A stretch of 36,723 nucleotides of DNA, from IMG/VR virus record IMGVR_UViG_2851976983_000007. One strand, written 5' to 3'. The position numbers and the translations under genes are program-made. Origin of the DNA: a virus. Lineage: Duplodnaviria > Heunggongvirae > Uroviricota > Caudoviricetes. The notes below the pieces were generated by a model. It did not search any database. It was given only the letters and a program-made list of their open reading frames with translations, and had not been told where the DNA came from. Shown in pieces: positions 1-8,227 of the stretch; the stretch's first letter is position 1, and each line of letters opens with the position of its first letter.

Positions 1-996
1 CTAACGAACCAGCCAGACCAGCATCAGGATAATCGCGACTAACAGTATCCACAGCGCGGGACGCGTTGCCATATTTTGCAACGTGTCCATCATCGGTGGA
101 AAAGGATTAAGCAGCGGTTGCATATCACGCGGATCAATCCCTTTAACCCGCCGTTGATAAAGCTGATTAAGAATATCCTCGGCCTGGGCAGAAGAAAGCG
201 ATGATTGCGCAGAAAGGCCATATTTTTGCTGGATATATGCCGATAACGCCGCCAGTTCACTGGCATCTAAAGGTTGTTTTAGCGCCATCTGTAGTGATTC
301 CAGCGTCGGCGTATTTTGCTGGCTTAACGTCTGGCGCGCCTGCAACCAGGTCACCAGATGGTTAAACAGTTTCGCTGGAATTAACTCGCCATCTTTCACC
401 CCGGAAAGTTCCAGCATCGATTGCCAGATCTGTTTGCTGGGTTCCCCCGTTGCCGCCGCAAGTTTGGTCACCAGCTGTTTTAGCGCATTGTGCTCCGCCG
501 GTAATAAAGGACGGTCGGTCGCCTCGCGCTGCTGTGGTTGCGGAATAACCATCTTCCCTTCCTGCAACAGGGTGAGAATGGTTTTTAATTGCTCCGGTGA
601 GAGCTGATTCAGCGGCGTCTGACCAAAGTTATGACGGATATAATCCGTGACCGCCTGACGATTATTCCCCAGACGTAAATACTCCCCTAATTGCGCTAAA
701 AGCTGGCGGGCAGAATGGCTTTTTTGCGCGGCCAGCAGACGTTGCGCCAGATTATGCTCAGCGGCAGGGAAGTGACGCGAAAGCAGCGGTGAATCTCCCG
801 ACAGACCAATATCGTGCCTGATACCCGCCCACAGTTCTGCTCTTTGTTGTTGCGTCAGTGAGGTCACTTTCGTCATTAAGCTTTCCAGCGAAGTACGTTG
901 CTGACTGGATAAAGGCTGATTGCCCGCGCCAGACGGCAGGTTATCTCCCTGACCTGGTGGTTGCCCAGGAGGAGGGCCGGAAATAGGTTGTATCAT
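1..996 (-). CDS. flk: Flk-like flagellar regulator, proline-rich N-terminus and C-terminal membrane anchor; host gene, complete
   Basis: 331-aa ORF MIQPISGPPPGQPPGQ... ending in hydrophobic tail WILLVAIILMLVWLVR; matches my memory of enterobacterial Flk; typical host GC. Confidence 0.7.
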   Translation of the reverse strand: MIQPISGPPPGQPPGQGDNLPSGAGNQPLSSQQRTSLESLMTKVTSLTQQQRAELWAGIRHDIGLSGDSPLLSRHFPAAEHNLAQRLLAAQKSHSARQLLAQLGEYLRLGNNRQAVTDYIRHNFGQTPLNQLSPEQLKTILTLLQEGKMVIPQPQQREATDRPLLPAEHNALKQLVTKLAAATGEPSKQIWQSMLELSGVKDGELIPAKLFNHLVTWLQARQTLSQQNTPTLESLQMALKQPLDASELAALSAYIQQKYGLSAQSSLSSAQAEDILNQLYQRRVKGIDPRDMQPLLNPFPPMMDTLQNMATRPALWILLVAIILMLVWLVR

Positions 997-1188
997 TACG
1001 TATCCTTATACCTGAAATCTTCGCAAGTATGCCTGGCCGCGAGATTATGGCACACTTGTCCGGTTAACTCTCGTCTCATACAGGTAACACAAACGTGAAA
1101 ATCCTTGTTGATGAAAAAAATGATGATTTAATTTATTGATATAAAAGGATTTATATCAGCACGTGTCCACGTAGTGACCACATTTTCG

Positions 1189-1228
1189 AGTTACAGATAA
1201 CACAAAGCCCGTTTTCACGGGCTTTGTG
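1189..1228. terminator. Perfect 17-bp inverted repeat (AGATAACACAAAGCCCG / CGGGCTTTGTGTTATCT) with 6-nt loop; likely terminator or insulator between low-GC module and flk
   Basis: Read directly from sequence around 1190-1230; no clear U-run, so intrinsic terminator function uncertain. Confidence 0.4.
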
Positions 1229-1262
1229 TTATCTGGATTGTGGCTAAGCCACATGATTTATG

Positions 1263-2155
1263 CTATTTCCAGTTACAAGCAGCTTGAAGTGGTTTTAGCG
1301 CGTTTGACAGGCCGTTTAAATTGAAAGTTGCACTTACAGGGCTCTCATTATAAGGAGTTATTTTTGTATACATTTTGTTTGAGTTGGCTAGTTTTCGGAT
1401 GAAATCAATGTCATTACCTTTATAAAAAACAGCCTTTGTATCTGTAGATACTAGCCAGTTTCGCTCAACTGCTTTCTGTTTATCAAGACGATAAAGCATG
1501 CTGGTTTGTTCAAGGCCTAAATATACATCCCAACTAAGAAATACTTCGGTTTTCTTTTCTCGGCAAGCTATAAACAGAGTGGGAGTAACCGCTTCTCCAA
1601 ATGGAGTTCTGATATAATCATCACTTTCTAACGATAAAATTACATTTTTCGAATCATCAATTGGCGATGTAGTAATGGATGTGTGCCATTTTCCTACATC
1701 TGTGGCTTTCTCTAATTTTGATTCAGCTTGAACAGCTTTATCCTGTGGGAATAGTTTATCGTAGCAGTTTAGTCTGGCTTCTTTATCATTTTCTGCTCGG
1801 CATTTAGATATCTCAGAAAGATTTGGTTGCTGAGCCTCTGTTGTTACTGGCTTTTCCGTTTTAGATTTTGAGTTTACAGATGGAGTAAATGTTGGAGAAA
1901 AAAACGATCATAACAAGATAAACGTCTGTCATCATCTTTCTCATCAGGGCATTGATCTCTGCTTTCGAATTTTTCAGCAACTTTCGTTCGAGTCGGTTGT
2001 ATTGACTTATCGTAACAAGAAAGTCTGTCTTTATTATTTTCTATTGCTCGGCACTGGAGTACTGCATTGAAGTTATTATGTTCAGTTGCTGCGTGAACAG
2101 GCAGTACACTAATTGATATAAATGATGCACCTATAGAAAAAATTATATTTTTCAT
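1263..2155 (-). pseudogene. Secreted Cys-repeat protein gene, reading frame broken at an A7 (minus-strand T7) homopolymer near 1898-1904; N-terminal part 1874-2155 carries a signal peptide, C-terminal part continues in another frame to 1263
   Basis: ORF 1874..2155 starts MKNIIFSIGASFISISVLPVHA; my manual translation shows the 1263..1499 frame is open upstream to a stop at about 1908 with no ATG; motif C-R-A-x-E-N-x-K-x-R-L-x-C-Y-D-K occurs three times across both frames; one extra T would fuse them. Confidence 0.5.
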
Positions 2156-2159
2156 TTTG

Positions 2160-2492
2160 TTATCCTTTTGGTTTAGTAAGAAATACTAAAATTCCGATAA
2201 TGATATCGCCAATAACCCATAAACTTCCAATGGTAATTAAACCTAAGCCTGTACCAATAACTGCACCGGCTTTTTCGGCATCGGATGTAGCATTATTTAT
2301 TATTTCACTAGTGCCTCCCAGTCCAACTAAAAGCGTATAGATCATAAAAATATTAAATAATATAAATATCCACTTAATGAGCTTTCCAAAAAATGAACGC
2401 TTAAGTTTTTTTATTTGTTTACCGCAAGCAGGGCAATACAATGCTGAATCGCTCACCTCTTTCTGGCATTCAGGACATTTGATTAATGCCAT
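2160..2492 (-). CDS. Zinc-ribbon (CPECx13CPACG) membrane protein, function unknown
   Basis: 110-aa ORF; N-terminal CxxC...CxxC followed by two hydrophobic helices; strong SD AAGGAGG about 9 nt upstream of ATG; low GC. Confidence 0.55.
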   Translation of the reverse strand: MALIKCPECQKEVSDSALYCPACGKQIKKLKRSFFGKLIKWIFILFNIFMIYTLLVGLGGTSEIINNATSDAEKAGAVIGTGLGLITIGSLWVIGDIIIGILVFLTKPKG

Positions 2493-2753
2493 GTAATCCG
2501 CCTCCTTTGGATCAATACGAGTTGATATTTGTTACAAAACATTTTGATTTTATCAGATTTTTTTTTATTGATAAGTGTCAATTGATTAGCTGGTATAGAG
2601 TGAGACATATAGAAGGGCAGATCTGTATCAGTAGTGATGCAAAAATCCCACAGTTTCATGGAATTTTTGCATTTAGAGCCGTGAGATAGGGTGCCTTATC
2701 GACCTTACCCTGGCAACCGATTGACGGGGGATTACTCCCCCGTCGCGGTTTCC

Positions 2754-2894
2754 TTACTGCTTACACTGTAAGAACGCCGCAAACTCCGCTCCCCAGAAAC
2801 TCATCCGTATTTCGCACAGCGAACCGTGCAACATCCAGATGATGAGGATTACCGTCACGCAGAACGTGATGGCTGTAAGCGATTTTTGCGACAT
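2754..2894 (-). CDS. Hok/Gef-family type I toxin-like small membrane peptide (46 aa)
   Basis: Manual translation MSQKSLTAITFCVTVILIIWMLHGSLCEIRMSFWGAEFAAFLQCKQ: TM helix then SLCEIR...AAFLxC pattern as in HokA/HokC; AGGAG upstream; GC-rich hairpin GACGGGGGA-GTAA-TCCCCCGTC just downstream (about 2717-2738); below the 60-aa cutoff of the ORF track. Confidence 0.6.
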   Translation of the reverse strand: MSQKSLTAITFCVTVILIIWMLHGSLCEIRMSFWGAEFAAFLQCKQ

Positions 2895-3084
2895 AGCACT
2901 TGCTCCTTTTCCGGAGAGGCGCTAACCTTTCACTTGCTTAGGGTAGACGGTTAGGGCCTCGGTTAAACAAAAGTGTTTTCCGGGGCCTTTCCACATCTGG
3001 CCTTCGGGTATTCCCTCCGACCATCAGCCGAAAGGCACCCGCGCGTAATCTATCGCTTTTTTGTTACTCCGGCAATTCTGCTTG

Positions 3085-3345
3085 TTAATTCTGAGGTAAA
3101 GGCAAACTCATCTGATTGTTTCCCCTGTGTGAAGCTGGTAGCTCATGCCACGGGATACCTTCTGAAGAGTGAACGCCGGAGGCGTGTTTCGATGTGAATT
3201 TATGGAAAGCTTCCAGTGTTGAGAAGCATACGCCGCATTCCAGATTGTTACACTGGTAATACTTTTGCCGCACGGTGTTTGAATCATTTTCCGGACGACT
3301 TGTGCGGATACGGGCAGATGCGCCACAAAGCGGACAACGGAACAT
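3085..3345 (-). CDS. ogr: Ogr-like zinc-finger late-gene transcription activator
   Basis: MFRCPLCGASARIRTSR...YYQCNNLECG resembles P2 Ogr MFHCPLC...HQCQNVNC; strong SD AGGGAGG; located beside D as in P2. Confidence 0.8.
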   Translation of the reverse strand: MFRCPLCGASARIRTSRPENDSNTVRQKYYQCNNLECGVCFSTLEAFHKFTSKHASGVHSSEGIPWHELPASHRGNNQMSLPLPQN

Positions 3346-3536
3346 AGCGACCTCCCTTAACGTGGTGTTGCCGCTATTCTAGATTGTACGATCCCTAATT
3401 CCAACTAACAGCTCGCTCTGTGCGAAGAGTGAAAATTGAACTTTCAATAGTTGTTGAACTTCCATACATCCAATGTGAAAATTCATACGTTCATAATAGT
3501 TAAAATTTAAAATATTGTATATCAGGTGAATAAAGC

Positions 3537-4559
3537 ATGGGAAGAGATATAACGCTGTACCCTAAAAAAGCAACTAGAAACGAACTTAAAAATTACCTTG
3601 AAAATTTAGGTTTTAAAAGGTGTAAACATTTGTGGGAATGGCCCCAAGGAACGTTGAATTACTCTTGGTTTGATGATACGGACTTCAAATCTACAGATGG
3701 AGTTTCGGCTGATATATATCCTGTTTCAAATGACGAATTACACATATCTGGTAATAAATGGGCATTGCATGTGCGTAATTTATATAGCGCTAGTTGGCAT
3801 GATGTAAAAATGCTTAATGATGTTCTAAAAGGCGCAAGGAGTCTTTTTGGTGGAACACTTATAGGTGATTATGGGAAAAATAGGTACGCTCCTCTATGGA
3901 AGGATTCTAGTAGTCCGATCAGTCGTGGCATTTCTTCAATATTTAATCATGTCCATCATGAGATTTCCGCTGTTAAACATGCCTTACCTGAACCTTCTAT
4001 TAAATTAAACCTACCGGAAGATGGCGGCTTATCCGAATACTTTGATTACATGCAATGTATGGATCCCAGTAGAGTTATATATAATGGATTAGTACCTTTT
4101 GCGGTTGCTATGTTTGAATACTTTTTCTCTAGAGCTTTTCAAATACTTATAAAGTACGATCCTTTCGCAATAGCAAAAAGAACATCGTATAAGCAAAAAG
4201 TTGATTTTGATATTCTGCTTGAGATAGAGAAAGGAAATATTTCAATAGAAAGTGTTATTGCAAGAAATTACACTTTTCAAAACTTAACCCACCTAAACAA
4301 AGCATATAAAGAGTGGCTGGATATAGATGTGAGAGCGATTCTTTATAAGAAAAAAAGAATTGGAAAATCAGTTGATTTTCTTGAGAATCGAATTTCTGAA
4401 ATCATACAATATAGACATGGGATAGTTCATCACTTTGAGTTGGATAGGACCTTAAATCGGGATGGATATATTCATATATTAGATGCGATAGAAAAAAGCA
4501 TAATTGAATTTATCCATTACATAGAAGGCAAATACAAATTTAAATTAAATGCGTATTAA
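3537..4559 (+). CDS. Low-GC cargo protein (340 aa), unknown function; C-terminal helical region with R-x4-H (QYRHGIVHH) suggests a HEPN-like domain; candidate abortive-infection/defence gene
   Basis: Strongly AT-rich ORF inserted between ogr and D on the opposite strand; own AT-rich upstream region with short direct repeats (GTGAAAATT x2, AATAGTT x2) and a downstream hairpin; no ATPase or nuclease motif I can recognise. Confidence 0.7.
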   Translation: MGRDITLYPKKATRNELKNYLENLGFKRCKHLWEWPQGTLNYSWFDDTDFKSTDGVSADIYPVSNDELHISGNKWALHVRNLYSASWHDVKMLNDVLKGARSLFGGTLIGDYGKNRYAPLWKDSSSPISRGISSIFNHVHHEISAVKHALPEPSIKLNLPEDGGLSEYFDYMQCMDPSRVIYNGLVPFAVAMFEYFFSRAFQILIKYDPFAIAKRTSYKQKVDFDILLEIEKGNISIESVIARNYTFQNLTHLNKAYKEWLDIDVRAILYKKKRIGKSVDFLENRISEIIQYRHGIVHHFELDRTLNRDGYIHILDAIEKSIIEFIHYIEGKYKFKLNAY

Positions 4560-4587
4560 GCAATCAACCTTACATAGGGATGACAAA

Positions 4588-4626
4588 GTCCGCTTCTGAC
4601 ACGGAGCGGACCGTCGTTTATGTTTA
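4588..4626 (+). terminator. Intrinsic terminator-like hairpin (GTCCGCT...AGCGGAC) followed by T-rich tract, downstream of the cargo gene
   Basis: Read from sequence; 7-bp stem, 10-nt loop, then CGTCGTTTATGTTT. Confidence 0.45.
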
Positions 4627-4679
4627 ATTCTATACTGTAAACTTGCCAGTTTAAGTTTGAGCTAATATGTCTAAGTTGC

Positions 4680-5789
4680 TCACTCTGTTTCTGCTATCCA
4701 TTCCGGGATTTTTGCCTCAAGCTCAAGCTGTGTGGTAAAGCCGCTGTTATCAATGGTGTGCTCGGCTTTCGCAATAATCCAGTCCTGATTATCAATCTCG
4801 CTTTTAAATCCTGTTACCGTGCCATGCATTTCGGGGTAGAGTTCTGCACGTCCACGCACCAGCGTGATGGAAAACGATGCGGCTCCGCGTTGTAGCTGCT
4901 GCCACTTTGCCGCCGCTGCGCGTCTTGCTGCCTGCTCGTTCTGATAAGTCTTGCGTAACACAAACACATTGCCTTCCGCGCCTTCCATATAATCACCTTC
5001 ACGGCTGCTGCTTTTCTCCTTTTTGGGTTTTGGCGGTTTGCGGCGTTTCACGCTGACTTTTTTCTTTTTCCCGTAATTAAGATCAAGCCAGTAAGCGCGT
5101 ACCCCCGTATACGCCTCGCGGTCAGCAATGCGGAACTGATGGCGATCGCCGCTGCTGCGTGTGATGGCGAACGATGGCAACGGCTGGCCCTGTGCGTTTA
5201 CGCCACCGCCGGGCATGATGAATAACAGATTACCGCTTTTTACCGTGGTGATTGCGCCCAGCATTTCCGCCATGCGCGTAAGGAAGGACATGTCGCTTTC
5301 TTCAGTCTGGTCGGCGTGGTCGATTTCGATATCCATCAGCATTTCGCTGATTTGCGGTTTCAGGCCGTACCGATGAGCGATGGCGGATACCACACGTTCA
5401 ACGGTCACATCATGCCAGGACGCCTCACGTTTAACATTAAATTCATCCCGAAAATCTGCGCTTCTGGCTGAAACAGTCAGCCTGTCCGGCGGTCCTTCGT
5501 GAGCGATTTCATCAACAATGTAAGTGCCTTTTTCTGTCAGCGGTTCCCCTTTCCAGCCAATGAGAACCGTCAGACGCGCGCCCCGTGGCGGTAGCTGCAA
5601 CTGGCCATCGGCATCATCCAGCGTGATGGTGAGCTGGTCCGCCTCAAATCCCCGGTTGTCGGTCAGTGACAGGCTCATCAGGCGTTCTGCCACGCCGGAC
5701 AGCGTTTTACCCTCGGCGAGAATATCAAAATCCGGCATTTTCACGGGGTCTGTGCCCTGACTGAGCAATTGCATGGTGGTGTCGGTCAT
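4680..5789 (-). CDS. D: Tail protein D (GPD family)
   Basis: Segments ITRSSGDRHQFRIADREAYTGVRAYW, SFSITLVRGRAELY and SGFTTQLELE parallel P2 gpD; start taken at MTDTTMQLL preceded by GGAGGGAG (track ORF runs on to 5921). Confidence 0.85.
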   Translation of the reverse strand: MTDTTMQLLSQGTDPVKMPDFDILAEGKTLSGVAERLMSLSLTDNRGFEADQLTITLDDADGQLQLPPRGARLTVLIGWKGEPLTEKGTYIVDEIAHEGPPDRLTVSARSADFRDEFNVKREASWHDVTVERVVSAIAHRYGLKPQISEMLMDIEIDHADQTEESDMSFLTRMAEMLGAITTVKSGNLLFIMPGGGVNAQGQPLPSFAITRSSGDRHQFRIADREAYTGVRAYWLDLNYGKKKKVSVKRRKPPKPKKEKSSSREGDYMEGAEGNVFVLRKTYQNEQAARRAAAAKWQQLQRGAASFSITLVRGRAELYPEMHGTVTGFKSEIDNQDWIIAKAEHTIDNSGFTTQLELEAKIPEWIAETE

Positions 5790-5946
5790 CTGCTCCCTCC
5801 CTGTGTGGCATGGTCGCATGTGCGTGCGGAGGGGGTTACTGCTTTTTGTTGTCGCCGTGGCGGGAGAATGGCGCAGGGGTGAGATTACGCGCGTGGTGGG
5901 TGATGATTGTTGCCGAATCATTTAACGGATACAAGGGGCTGAAGCT

Positions 5947-7131
5947 ATGAGTGAAACTCGTTTTCATGGTGCCCGTGTTACGGAAAATACCGACCTGGTA
6001 ACAGCGATTAACGATGTTGATTCCAGCGTTATCGGTATCGTGGCAACGGCGGATGATGCGGACGCGAAGCTGTTCCCGCTGAACAAGCCCACACTGCTGA
6101 CCCGCGTCAATGACGTGCTGGGAAAATGCGGGACAACGGGGACGCTTTATCGTGCGCTTAAGGCCATCGCAGACCAGGTGAGCACAAAGGTGATCGTCGT
6201 TCGCGTGGCTGAACACAAAGAAGAAGACGGAAAGACGCAGGATCAACTGGTTATCGGTGGTTCTGAGGATGACGGCAGCTATACGGGGATGTATGCGCTG
6301 CTTGTTGCAGAGCAGGATGAAAGCATCGGATACCGTCCGCGTATTCTGGCCGCGCCGGAGCTGGACACGGAGGCTGTAACAAAATCCCTGTGCGTGATTG
6401 CAGGTAAACTGCGCGCGTTTGTGTATGCCTCATGTCACGGCTGTAACACGATGGCTGAGGCGATTACCTACCGCCAGAAATTCAACGAACGTGAGGTGAT
6501 GCTCTTATGGCCGGACTTCATCGCCTACAACCCGAAAAGTGGCAAAAACGAAACGTTCCCCGCGCCTGCCTATGCGTGCGGCCTTCGTGCGTACATTGAC
6601 CATGAGCAGGGATGGCACAAATCACTGTCCAACGTTCCGGTTAAAAATGTGCTGGGGATGTCGAGGCATGTGTTCTGGTCGTTACAGGCCGAAGACAGTG
6701 ATGCCAACAGCCTCAACAACAAAGAAATCACGACCATTATTCGTCGCAACGGGTTCCGCTTCTGGGGCAACCGCACACCGGAAACGAACGCCTACATCTT
6801 TGAGGTGTATACCCGAACCGCACAGGTGCTGGCTGATTCAATTGCGGAAGCGCAGTTTGAAACCATCGACAGTCCACTGACGCCTGCGAACGTGAAGGAT
6901 GTTATCAGTGCCATCAGGGCAAAACTGGATTCACTGGTTACTGCCGGGAAACTGATTGGCGCGGAGTGCTGGTATGACGTGGTGGATAACAGCACCACGG
7001 ATTTACGTCAGGGGCGTGTGCGTATTCGCTACAAATATACGCCCGTTCCGCCACTGGAAGACATGGAGCTTTACCAGACGTTTACTGATGAATACTTTGA
7101 ACCCGCATTTGCGGTTCTGGGAGGTGCCTGA
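5947..7131 (+). CDS. FI: Contractile tail sheath protein FI
   Basis: 394 aa, position and size match P2 FI; followed directly by tube gene. Confidence 0.9.
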   Translation: MSETRFHGARVTENTDLVTAINDVDSSVIGIVATADDADAKLFPLNKPTLLTRVNDVLGKCGTTGTLYRALKAIADQVSTKVIVVRVAEHKEEDGKTQDQLVIGGSEDDGSYTGMYALLVAEQDESIGYRPRILAAPELDTEAVTKSLCVIAGKLRAFVYASCHGCNTMAEAITYRQKFNEREVMLLWPDFIAYNPKSGKNETFPAPAYACGLRAYIDHEQGWHKSLSNVPVKNVLGMSRHVFWSLQAEDSDANSLNNKEITTIIRRNGFRFWGNRTPETNAYIFEVYTRTAQVLADSIAEAQFETIDSPLTPANVKDVISAIRAKLDSLVTAGKLIGAECWYDVVDNSTTDLRQGRVRIRYKYTPVPPLEDMELYQTFTDEYFEPAFAVLGGA

Positions 7132-7643
7132 TGGCTGTGCCAAAACATCTTCGCTTTTTTACGCTGTTTGTGGATGGTGAAAACGAAGTGGGTAAGGTGA
7201 CGTCCGTCACTCTGCCCAAACTGACGCGCAAAACCGACAGCTACCGGGGTGGTGGCATGATGGGGGCGGTAAGTATTGATCTCGGTCTGGACGACTCTGC
7301 GCTTGATGCGAGCTTTGTCATGGGGGGCGCAGTTCGTGCGCTGTTCCTTAAGTATGGCGGCACGATTGACGGCACGCTGCTGCGTTTTGCGGGTGAATAC
7401 TACACCGATGCAGAAAGCGACCTGTATGAAGTCGAAATGCGCGGACGTGTGACGGAAATTGATATGGGGGAAGCCAAACAGGGCGAAGCCACATCACACA
7501 CTTACGCCATTAAAAACACCTACTACAAGCTGAGTGTTAACGATCGCCCGTTGTGGGAGATTGACCTGCTGAACTTCATTTACCGGAAGGACGGCAAGGA
7601 CATTGTGTCCGATCGCATCCGTTCCGCGCTTGGGCTTGGCTGA
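7131..7643 (+). CDS. FII: Tail tube protein FII
   Basis: 170 aa, ATGA overlap with FI stop; P2 FII-like size and position. Confidence 0.9.
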   Translation: MAVPKHLRFFTLFVDGENEVGKVTSVTLPKLTRKTDSYRGGGMMGAVSIDLGLDDSALDASFVMGGAVRALFLKYGGTIDGTLLRFAGEYYTDAESDLYEVEMRGRVTEIDMGEAKQGEATSHTYAIKNTYYKLSVNDRPLWEIDLLNFIYRKDGKDIVSDRIRSALGLG

Positions 7644-7697
7644 TAAGTAATATGCAGGCGGCGCAGTGCGTCGCCTCTGACTGAAAGGAGTTTCCTG

Positions 7698-8063
7698 ATG
7701 AAAGAGACGAAAAACATCGATACCGAAAACACGGTAGTTACTGACACTGTGAAAGAAACCAGTGAGCGTGGCGTAAAACTTACCCAACCAATTGAGCGAG
7801 GCGGCGAAAAAATCACGTATGTGGAGATCACCGGGGCTATTGAGCAGGCTGGATCTCTGCGAGATTTGTCGCTGTCTGATGTGCTGAATCTGAAAGCGGA
7901 ATCCATGTTTACGCTGCTGTCACGCGTGACATCACCGCGACTGGATGAAGTGACGATCAAAAAAATGGCATCCCGTGACTTTATTCAGTTATGTGTGGTT
8001 GCCGTAAATTTTTTGAGCGGTGCGGACTCTGGCGGGAAGAACGAACAGGCGACGGAAGCCTGA
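7698..8063 (+). CDS. E: Tail assembly chaperone E
   Basis: 121 aa upstream of the tape-measure gene; contains slippery heptamer. Confidence 0.85.
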   Translation: MKETKNIDTENTVVTDTVKETSERGVKLTQPIERGGEKITYVEITGAIEQAGSLRDLSLSDVLNLKAESMFTLLSRVTSPRLDEVTIKKMASRDFIQLCVVAVNFLSGADSGGKNEQATEA

Positions 8064-8227
8064 TCACGGTTGTGTGCTTTGAGCACATAGAAGACTTTGT
8101 GGCAGATATTGCCGTTATTTTTAACTGGTCGCCCGCCGAAATCTTCATGATGACGCCCGGCGAAGTGGTTAGCTGGCGTGAGCGGGCGGCACTTCGCAGC
8201 GGGAATGCAGACAATGAAGACTCTTGA
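7698..8227 (+). CDS. E+E' frameshift product: frame 0 to about 8015, then -1 frame to 8227
   Basis: TTTTTTG slippery heptamer at about 8009-8015 in frame T-TTT-TTG; the -1 frame ORF (track 7991..8227) runs on to overlap the T start; conserved chaperone frameshift in P2-like and other tailed phages. Confidence 0.7.
8009..8015 (+). promoter_or_regulatory. Programmed -1 ribosomal frameshift slippery site TTTTTTG
   Basis: Seen in sequence; position relative to E and the -1 ORF. Confidence 0.65.

Noticed and set aside
5781-5946. Ogr-dependent late promoter (TGT-N12-ACA) for FI or D
   Set aside because: No match with correct spacing found on either strand by manual scan; promoter not called
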